This document shows positions 54,055 to 64,000 of a DNA stretch of 64,000 bases, one piece after another (the first letter of the stretch is position 1; every line of letters begins with the position of its first letter). The notes under the pieces are model-generated. The model ran no database searches and was not told the DNA's origin. It saw only the letters and a program-made list of their open reading frames with translations. Source of the DNA: Antedon mediterranea (Eukaryota > Animalia > Echinodermata). The stretch spans positions 5,619,888 to 5,683,887 of the forward strand of contig NC_092676.1 of NCBI RefSeq assembly GCF_964355755.1, in the 5' to 3' direction. The translations under genes were made by a program, and so were the position numbers.

Positions 54055-54488
54055 CTACTGTTCTGTACACTGTATCTTGTTTTATATCTATTGCATTGTG
54101 TTTAGTTGCACAGACTTTCCTAAATCTAACAAAGTACTGAAAATAATGCGCCATCTTGCATAATTACTACTGTAACTAAGCTCAATTTTACAGTTTGTAA
54201 TCCGCATAATTGTACTAGTAATACTTACAATAGCTTAAACTTATGTTAGCTGTCTCAAAGAGGAATTAAAACACACTTAATAGATATCCTGTGTCAGTTT
54301 AAATACTGTCAGTATATCCTGGAGTGTGGACTGCAGTACGCATTATTTTTATTGGACCTACTGTACTGGTCAAATTTACATAACTGGAACATTCCTCAAA
54401 ACAGTGAGCCATTCAGATGATCCTTAAACATAAGATATTATAACACATTTGAAATACAAGTATTAATGTACATTTAGAATATCAATAA

Positions 54489-54979
54489 AGATATAATGTC
54501 CCCCTGAACATTTTTTTTTACAAATTTTTGTTTGTTGAATATGCAATTTTAATATTGCTTAATAGTTACTGTATTCACTTTTACCAATACTGTAAATAGG
54601 ATAAAAAAAATTTATTTATCTGAAAAAATGTAATTTAAAGCTAACAAGGCAATACATGCCTGCATTTGCATTCTAAAATTTGAGTGTTTTACTGAGTCTG
54701 ACCAAACGACTGACCAACCGACCGACATAGTGAGCTGTAGAGGAGTCACGTTTGCACGCGAATAAAAATACTTAAATCGTCTGTCAAACAATGGGTTTTG
54801 GTTAAAATTAACCGTTTATTTTGTCTTTTATATTAAGTGAAATAATTATTTTTGTTGGTTTTTTTTCTACAGAAGTTAATAGCTTTATTTAACTGTAAAA
54901 ATGACCTACCGGTAACTGTATATTAAATGTCTAATTTGATTAATCTTCATTTTTCATGTTTTTGGGGGATAATACATCT
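54489..54979. mobile_element. Kolobok-like MITE with a nested Helentron-like fragment (~54640-54772)
   Basis: Right end GGGGGATAATACATCT|TTAA; family homology is interrupted by CCGACCGACATAGTGAGCTGTAGAGGAGTCACGTTTGCACGCGAATAAAAA. Confidence 0.7.
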
Positions 54980-55435
54980 TTAAATTAATATTGCAATATT
55001 TAATTATTATAAAAAGTCTATTGAATTTCAAATTAAAAGTATCAATTACGTTCTGACAAAAGCTGTCGGTGACATGCGGCTACCTAAATACAATAATTTA
55101 AAACTTTAAAATAACTAAAATAAACTAAATTTATCTTTTAACACGGCTGATTTGTTTTCGTAAAATAGAATAATATAATACTTTGTATAATATGCAGGTA
55201 GCTCACAGGAAAACTTAACAAAAGGTGCAACCACTTATTTTTGGGAGGTTTTTTTTATCAATAGAACGGTAAACAAAAGAAGGTTGGGCCAGTTTGTAAA
55301 ATCATTGAAAAAGCCGAGATCAACCAACCCTGTAACTAACTGAATTTTGGGTGTCATCAGTCATGTGACTTACTATAGTATATTGGATAATAAAAAAATA
55401 ATTAGTCATGATTTTGAATAGAATGTATAAAAATA

Positions 55436-55617
55436 CAGGGAATAATTTCGCCAGTGTAGCATAGCAAAAAGCTATATACAAAACAACCTTATTGCTACAC
55501 ATTTCTAAAATTGTGTTGCAAAAAAGACAACACAAAACTATGTTTCTCGACTAAAAAATCAGTTTGATTTAATAGCAATAATTGCTAAACAAAATTTTAA
55601 AATGAAATTTTTCCCTG
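55436..55617. mobile_element. Second, inverted copy of the CAGGG..CCCTG MITE
   Basis: Reverse complement of 51151-51326; flanks AAATA / AATTA. Confidence 0.75.
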
Positions 55618-55989
55618 AATTATACCAGCTAATACTCATTATCCCTACATTATCAGTGTTATACAGTACTGTGTCTCACTTATAACTGTCCTGTTTCATC
55701 ATCTTTTTTTTTTCTGTATTCTTCTTTCTTCACAATATAATAATAGGACATTTCCATTATATATCTGTAGCATGAATTTGATTATATTTTGTTGTATACT
55801 GTATGTACAGTATTCATTTTCTTCAGAATTAAACTTTGCTTGATTCATCATTTCTAATATTAATCATAGTAATTATAGAATATACTGACTGATTTTTACA
55901 TTTTTAACAGTTTTTTTGTTTTTAACTTTTTATCTTGTATTTTAATCTGTTATAATACTGCACGTTCTAAATTGTTGCAACATTTTGTA

Positions 55990-56082
55990 TGTTTGTTTTT
56001 TATTGTTGTTTTAATCTACGGTACCAAGCAAAGTGAATTTCCATTTTTATGGACAAATAAAATTTCTTGAATCTTGAATCTT
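55990..56082 (+). mobile_element. 3' tail of a Rex1-type LINE
   Basis: AATTTCCATTTTTATGGACAAATAAA followed by (TCTTGAA) repeats. Confidence 0.45.
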
Positions 56083-58919
56083 AAATGATAATTTAATGCC
56101 TTTCATTATTGACTGAAACTACCTCAACGGTTTTTAATTTCATTAATTTATTTAGATTGATAAAGGTTTGCAAGTAATCAAGTCATTTTGAAAACAGTGC
56201 TCCTTTGTGTAGGTAATATATCTTGTGTAAAGCTACAGTTTAGTTTATTTTTATACCTTTGTTCACCGGCTGAAATGACCATCTAAAATGTCAATTCTGA
56301 TGACATCGATATCATGTTGTTACATTTCCAGTCATATTATGTTGCTGTAGAAGAAATTATCCGATCCAATTGTTGTAGTCTATAATTAGTTTTTCTTGTT
56401 GTCACTTGATAAAAAATACAAAGTAATTTAATTTTTAAACGGTATGGATTTCTGTGTTGTAACATGCAGTTACTCATTTTAAATGTTTTATTGTTAAAAT
56501 CATTCCGAATAATTACGGTGACCCCAAGGAATTTGTTGCCAACCGCCACTTTAAAAAGCTGGTGACATCCCTGGTTAAAATTATAGAATCAGATAAAATA
56601 CAGTTTCTTAAAATTTAAAAAAGAAATATTAAAAATAATGTAAATTATATATTATAAAATTAATTTTCAGAATATCACCCATGTGGTTCAAAATTAATGT
56701 TTGGTGCCTGTGGTGTTATATTATATACTGTAAATGCAAAAACAAAATAAGAGAAACAAGAACTGATTGATTACAAAGAAATGTATTTAAATTCAACATG
56801 AGCATAATATAAATATGAAATAAATGTGAGTGAATCTCACAAAAGAGAAAAACTTTTATTTAAAGGGACCCTGTAAAAATTATTCTACTTCAGTAACTGA
56901 AGTAGAATACTTTACAAGGTCTGTACATATGCTTTTATACAGTTATGAGTTATTTATACAGTATACTGTAAAGTACTATAATCTAGTTTAATACATTCTG
57001 TTTCTTTGCCTTCTGTTGTACATATTTCACTTGTAATAAGGACAGGTTTCATGCGATGACCTTTTAAACGATTTATCGCGTTCTTTTTGAGATTTCACTT
57101 TTATATCGTTTGAAATTGTTTGATACAATATCCTGCTTTAAAAGAGATTTTTAATTTATTTTTCTGTGATAAAAAAAAAACAGTATAGTGTTGACTGAAC
57201 TTGCATTAAAATGGCTGTGTTGAAATTGTATAGTATACGGTAGTTTGTAATACATTGAACTGCTTTTGGTGTTACACTTACAGTGAAATGCTATAGTGTT
57301 TTGTTGTAATGCTATGGCGTTCTCATTTAAATGCTACAGTATTTCGTATTGCGTTGAACGCCGTCAACATAAATTGATACTCTTATTCATGCATATAATT
57401 GTGTTCCCTTCTACAAATAATAGTATCAAAATGCTGTAAAGATGAGAACTTATATATCAGCAGTGGGGATTATTGCAATTGATGTAACAGCAGGAGTTTG
57501 CTGCAGTTGATGGAACAGCAACGGGCCTGCTGAGCTGTGAACCTACAGCTAAGGTCACACGCTCTTAAGTTTTCATATCGTACTCTTTGCTTTTTTTGAT
57601 ATTTTATATTATTTTCTGTAATGGGCGGTTTAAAAAAAATTGTATTTATAGAAATCGTACTGAGATACTGTACAGTAAACAATTGATTATTAATATTTGG
57701 TAATCCCTTGATCTAATATGCTCTTCCAAGAGATGATTAAAGATGGATGGAGAGAGCGAGTATCATTTTAAGATATACAGCAGTCATTGAATAAAGTAAT
57801 ATAATAAAAGTGTACTGTACATGAGATGTGCCCATGTTAACAACTGTTTTTTTATCCTGATTTTTTCCTTCTCAAATTTGGCAGTCGATGTGCCAAACGA
57901 CTTGCGTATGCGCATATCATAAAAATGATGTCATAGTGTTTCAGTCTCTATTATGATAATATTGAGCACCGTTTGAAATAAGAATGGGTTTAGAGATATT
58001 GTACAGCTTTGGTTATTTCATAATGTTAATAATTGAACCATATGACGGTATACAGTTACTAATTACCAATATATATATATATATATATATATACATTGAC
58101 CGTGCATACATTTATATCCATTTATTTTCTGTATGTATTCGGAAATTGACTTTAAATAAAACAAAATTAAAACCAAACTAAAACCAAAAAAAAGAAGGGA
58201 AACATTCAACATTTTATGAATACATAAAAATAAGCATCATCTCAAACTTTAGCAGCTGCAAATTTATCTATTTTCATCTGAAATTCAACATAAATTTTCT
58301 TCACATCGTAATTATTGTTTACAATATGCATTTTGCAGGAAGTCATAAATCGTATAGAATACACAATTTGTGCTATTTTTGTCAAACAATTTCACTTTTC
58401 ATTTTAAATTGAGTCCATCCTACAATGAACCTAAGTCTGTTAAGTCGTTTGATGAGTTTTAAATTCGTTGTTGCCTCAACCTAAACATTTTTCTCTGCTG
58501 CTATTTCAGAATAAATATTTAGGTCCACATTGGATTCCTTGGTATTTTTATGGTAAATATTTGGATGGGAATTTTAACAAATAGGGATCACACTTGTCTA
58601 TAAACCAATTTAAAATTAATGTGCAAGAATCATGTCAAAATTATTCCAACTACAGTTGCTGCAGTGAATTTTTACTGCGATGATTTTAATTTTTTTCATT
58701 TTGTCAGTCACTGAAATAAATACTGTAGCGTGTATAATTACCATAATAAAACTGCAGGTTAATGTAGTTACTGCAATATCTGCAGTAGAATAGTTTTTAT
58801 ATAATGCTATTACTATTTATTCTCATTCTTGGGCCTACAGTACATACCCATTAAGTTCAAAAAGTTCATTTATTTTTAATGAAAGTAATTTTTTTTTAAA
58901 TAACCTAACTAGTGTATTT

Positions 58920-59077
58920 AGCTTTGTCTACACTATCAAAGTTATGTGAAAAAAATTGATGTGCCCATATACCGTATACTCTAGACATGATGATGTTATA
59001 CTACGCTACTGTACTGTATCATATTTCAGCACATCACACTTTTTTTGTCAAACTTGTTTGATAGTGTGGACAGAACT
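58920..59077. mobile_element. MITE, AGCTCTGTCTACACTATCAAA family
   Basis: AGCTTTGTCTACACTATCAAA...TTTGATAGTGTGGACAGAACT|TAA. Confidence 0.8.
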
Positions 59078-61433
59078 TAATACTGGTCCCACATTAAATT
59101 AAATGTCATTGCTATTTTACAGTATACTTGGTATTTCCCAGAAATGTTAATTTTTAATAGTTTCCTTGTAATTGTATATGATAACTGGGAAAATTAAGGG
59201 ATACTTTAGTTCTACCTAAGTTTATATAACAGGAAGTAAGTGGGAAAATGTGAGTTAAAAAGAAAAGTAGATTTCTAAGTATCGTTAAAGATGGGGAATT
59301 TGTGGTACTGTTAATGTGTTTCATCATTACTTACATTTTAGGTTCTGACCTGTCGTTTTACATTAACCAATCATTTCGCTAATGTTTATGAATTGAATGG
59401 GAAGAATATTTTGTTGAAGTGTTGTGAGCAATAGCTTTATTCTCATTATTCAATTAATAGGAAATGTATAGTTTTACAACAAATTCATTTTAATAAATCT
59501 TTAATAAATCTTTAATACATTTTATTTTATTTATTTTAATATATTATAATAAATAAAATAAAAATGTTTGAAACACCTGTAATTAAGTTAGGATTAATTT
59601 GGTTTAACTATCCAGGTGGCCTACTTTCATAATATAAATTAATTTAAAAGATATAAATAAGTGCGTAAGAAGATGCTATCTGCATCATGATGCAACTGCC
59701 CTTTGACCTTTACGTAAATCACTAAGTGCTAAGGAATGGTGAATGTTTTAATTTTAAAGTAAAGATAACACAAGTAGAGATTGCAGGCTTGAATGGAACT
59801 TGCCGTTCCTCGGGGTTATCTCCAATCAAACTTACGCTTCAATTAACTCTGTTCATCTTCCCTCAGATTGGCAGACGGACGACGAGGTGGTCAGACCGTT
59901 GCAGTTAGCAGGAGGTTAATTTACCTAATTGATTCAAGTTTACAAGCTGTAGGAACGAAAGTGAAGGCGATAATTCGGTTTGTATTCTTTTGAAAGATGT
60001 TCTGAATTGGTTTAATGGAGTGTCTGATGTGTAGGGTGTTTTAACAGTTGTTGTTGAATATCAGGCACATATACAGTATAGCCTGCTTCTATTTCAATAT
60101 TAGAAGAAACATTGTATAACTCCATCATGCCGGCCTTTGTTGCTTTAGCGCCCGTTACTACAGAGAAGGAAAAATTATGGTAGAGCAGTCCTCTAGGAAA
60201 TTTTTCATATCATATGGTCTCCCTAGGGAGAGCAGACCTATTGTCAGTTTATCCAGGTAAATGGCATTTATGGATTAAAACCATAACCGAATTATTTCAA
60301 CCTGTACTTTCCAATATACATGGGAACTGATAATAAAACACGCAAAAAAAAAAAAGTCTCATCCTAAAAGTGGTTTTAAAAGTTTTACTTTATTTTGGCC
60401 TTGATGGGCAAAAACTTTATCGGCTGTGTAAAGGCCCATTTACACTAGTGCGATAACAATCAACGATAAATATTGTAGATAAATATTCATTTTTCATACT
60501 TGAAACAAAAGAAATGTAAACAAATTTTAGCCTAGAACTATAGCCTAGGATAACCATCTACTGTATGCTTCTTTCGATGAAAACAATATTTTCACACGTC
60601 CAATCAAATGACGTCATGATTAGTTTCAATGGAAACAATTCCTTAGGGAGAGTAGATATCTTTAAGCCTGATTCACACTGAATTGAAACATAACATAGGG
60701 TAACTTTCCAATAGATCTTACAGTACTAACCGTTCACACCAACGCAGATAGGTTTTTGTTTATTATCACAACTTTTAATCAATTTATTCCACCATTCATT
60801 AACCTGGTGATTAAGTGTCATTTATTTGTTTTCATTTTTCACTTTTCATTCACCATATTTCAAATGTTTGTTATTTTACCATCTGGTGTTCATTCAATTT
60901 ATTCTCATACAGAAAAAAAAGTTAATTTTGCTTTTGAAAATCAATTTTTACCATGATCATGCAACAGGGTTAGCTACTGTATGGTAATGGTTATTGAACG
61001 TATGTTTTACTACAGAAAATATGGCCCATTATAGAGATGGGGAGGTACTACTGTATATTTAAATACTGTGTAAATACATGTATATTGGAAAATTGTTGTT
61101 TGATAGTGTTTAAAACTGAAAATTTGCCTTCTGCAAACAATACCCAGACAGGCAATTCTTGGGTTACTTTAGTTTAAAACGTAAAAGAACAATAGTATTC
61201 CGGGGAGTGCAATTTTGACAGATATGGAGAACATTATTGTTCCCAATGGGCGTACTTGAACAAGTATAAAGAACATTATTGTACCCTAGGGATAAAGTTT
61301 TACATCATATGGTAGGGGAGCATGTAAAATATGTGTTTAGGCATGACCTTGTAGAGTTAGTAGGTCGACCAATCAGATACTAGCAAAACAATTTTAGTCT
61401 GCTCCTTGATAAAATTGACCAAACAGTAAACAC

Positions 61434-61855
61434 CTATGAAAGGGTGCCCTATGGATGTGTACTCTATGAAAGGGTGCCCTATGGATGTGTACTCTATGAA
61501 AGGGTGCCCTATGGATGTGTACACTATGAAAGGGTGCCCTATGGATGTGTACTCTATGAAAGGGTGCCCTATGGATGTGTACTCTATGAAAGGGTGCCCT
61601 ATGGATGTGTACCCTACAATATGAATGGGTGTCCTGTGGATGGGTACCCTATGGATGTGTACCCTACATGGATAGGTGCCCTATGGATGGGTGCCATATG
61701 GATGTGTACCCTATGAAAAGGTGCCCTATGGATGTGTACCCTACAGTGTGAATGGGTGTCCTATGGATATATACCCTATTGATGGGTGCCCTATTTATGG
61801 GTACCCTATGGATGTGTAGCCTATGGATTGGTGCCTTATGGATGAGAGTACTCTA
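61434..61855. repeat. Minisatellite: six near-perfect 30-bp units (two 15-mers each) decaying into 15-bp units
   Basis: CTATGAAAGGGTGCC-CTATGGATGTGTACT x6, then CTATGGATGGGTGCC-like monomers. Confidence 0.92.
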
Positions 61856-61865
61856 CAGAATGTGA

Positions 61866-62020
61866 GAGCGATATGGAGTAATGCTTAAGTAGAGGGCAGT
61901 CTAGCATGTGAGAGGCATAGGTTCGAGACCAGTCGGTGCCATATTGCTTGTACAGTAAGGCAAGATACTTCACTTTCAACACTTCATCCTTCGGATGGGA
62001 AGTTAAGCTGTATAGCCTCT
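61866..62020 (+). mobile_element. tRNA-derived SINE (decayed)
   Basis: A-box-like TGGAGTAATGC, B box GGTTCGAGACC, AGGCAAGATACTT and CCTTCGGATGGGAAGTTAAGC shared with the other SINE copies. Confidence 0.7.
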
Positions 62021-62153
62021 TGTAGTTTTCGTAAATGGATGACTAGAATCGATGATGTATCGGTAAATAGAAAGTATAGCATATCCAAGAGACTTTTAAA
62101 AAAATATGATATACATACTACAATACAGCATATATATGCATATACCTACAGTA

Positions 62154-62335
62154 CAGTCAACTCTCCCAATACCTGACACCCTTGGGTCGGCCTAATATAT
62201 CTTGTTTTCTGGAAAGTTATTCGGAATGTATTTGTAATGGTAAAAATGAATTTGGGGCTTTTTGAACCTTGATAAAACTCTGGTTTTGGGAGAGTTTCCG
62301 GTTTTCAGAGTGTCCGGTATTGGGAGATTCGACTA
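62154..62335. mobile_element. Tc1/mariner-type MITE with a TA target
   Basis: TA|CAGTCAACTCTCCCAATACCTGACAC...GTGTCCGGTATTGGGAGATTCGACTA|TA. Confidence 0.75.
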
Positions 62336-63369
62336 TATATACAGTACTTTCTGTATTGGTAAAGTACAATGTTGATATCTGTGTGATATATGGATAGTTC
62401 AAAATTCTATGTTAACTCTATCTCCAATTGCGATTGCTAAATATTTATGCGCTAGAATTCATAAGCGAATTATCTTGTTGATAATTATTAGAGTCCTGAA
62501 TTAGAGTATCGCGATCAACATATTCTTTTTAACTTCTTGGATATTAAACTGAACTTTATTTCCTGTGCTAGATTTCTAGCAGTATTAGGTCAACAGGAAG
62601 TATTTAGTATTCTTCTGGGAAAAATAATTAGAACAATATTTCTACTTTAACTACTCATTTTAAAACATACAAGACAATTTAGATGTTAGCAACCCTTAAA
62701 AGGGTTTAAGCTACACTAAAATGTACATGTCAACTTGTCTATACAACTCTTGTATATTTATTTTTAATTCATTAGTTTTAATTCATTCTGATTTGTTCAT
62801 ACACTACAGTATGAAACTTAGATTATTATTATTATTTTTAAACCCCTAATTGATTCCTTTTCAGTGAAAAAATATGTCCAATGAATTATAATACTATTAT
62901 AATTATATATAATTATATCTGGAATTATGTCAGTGTACTGTTTCCTTTAAGGACTGGTTTCTGCTTTGGACCATTGTTTAATCTTTCTTAAATAATGGAA
63001 AAAAGAAATGATTTTGCAAGCCATAGAAAAGTGAATCATCATCATTAGTCAGGTCATTGTATATGATCTGTTTATGTTCAATAGGCCTAGATCCAATTAT
63101 TTATTCATCTAACCTATTTAAACTCTAAGGACTGAACATAAGAAAGGGTACTGGAGGGTGTAACCTCTGTGGTATTTAGAACAACTATGTAATTTAACAT
63201 TAACTTTAACTACCGATGTAAGCAATGTATAAAGATGTTATTACAGCAGAAGCTCAGATAGTAGTACCGATAAATGGGTTTAGATGGGTGGTGGATTATT
63301 TCCATTGGTACTGTATTGAGTTGGTCGCAACATGTTGATATGGTACTGTAGGAGAATAAGTGTGACTGA

Positions 63370-63720
63370 GTAGGGAAAAAGTGAGGGAAATGCAGGAGAA
63401 AAAGTATGAGAAGAAAGTGTAGAGAGATAATAGATGATGAGGAAGATATTGAAAGAAAGCAGTGGGGGCCCTGGAGGAGAAAGGCGAAAGGGAAAGTTAA
63501 AAGTGTAGGGAAAAGGTGCGAAGGAGAGAACGGAGAGAAGGGGAAGGAGAAGGGGCGGAGAAGACTGAAAGAGAGCGAAGGGGAGGAGATAGGCAAGGTA
63601 CTGTAGTAGCAGTAGGGAAAGGAGAGAATGGATAGAAAAGAAGGTAAGACTGAAATGAGGAGGTACAGTAGGAGAGAGACGGAAAAATATGTTTAGGGAA
63701 AGGTAAGACTGAGGACATGT
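63370..63720. repeat. GA-rich low-complexity tract
   Basis: Strongly purine-biased + strand; explains the F/S/P/L-rich minus-strand ORFs. Confidence 0.8.
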
Positions 63721-64000
63721 TAAAGATACTGTAGCCAATAATGGAGTGACTAAAAATTAAGCATAAAAGCACTTTTAAAGGCTTAATTCGTGTAAGGCCA
63801 GATTGGGGAAAGACGACGGGAGCTTACAGTACTGAATACAGGTGTTTTGTATGGCCATTGATATTCAAATGTTTACCTATTTCCATAATGATTGTCTATT
63901 GTTTATAGACAATATTTCATTTTTACATTTTAAAGTTTATTTTAATTGTTGATTTAAGATTTTGCAGTCTTTGTATCTTTAATGGTCTATTTAATCTTTT

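Noticed and set aside
61436-61716. MKGCPMDVYS and ERVPYGCVLY repeat ORFs
   Set aside because: By-products of the 30-bp minisatellite.
63210-63772. Four ORFs of 66-152 aa
   Set aside because: Low-complexity GA-rich sequence lacks stops by composition; no domain signal.

Overview
AT-rich, intron-rich animal genomic DNA (probably an invertebrate; the species cannot be determined from this window). Four spliced genes can be rebuilt exon by exon with GT-AG introns: the 3' seven exons of an NADH-cytochrome b5 reductase (+, 1219-3988), a complete 14-exon glycogen synthase (-, 7985-16041), ribosomal protein S13 (+, 16488-20780, head-to-head with glycogen synthase) and a tetraspanin (+, 33800-36941). 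The rest is non-coding and dense with non-autonomous DNA transposons (Kolobok-, Harbinger-, hAT-, Tc1-, Academ/hATm- and Helentron-like), tRNA-derived SINEs, L2 and Rex1-type LINE fragments and minisatellites. Most ORF-track entries are spurious or are exons read into introns. I found no CRISPR array and no clearly new biological system. The best leads are a 1.1-kb foldback element with a 6-bp TSD, 29-33-bp palindromes resembling P-element excision footprints, a Harbinger relic retaining the starts of both its genes, an orphan spliced-looking locus at 40.8-47.7 kb (hairpin cluster, 12-nt microexon, three-level repeat), and an extra rung in the glycogen synthase GSK3 phospho-ladder. All family assignments come from reading by eye; no database search was run.
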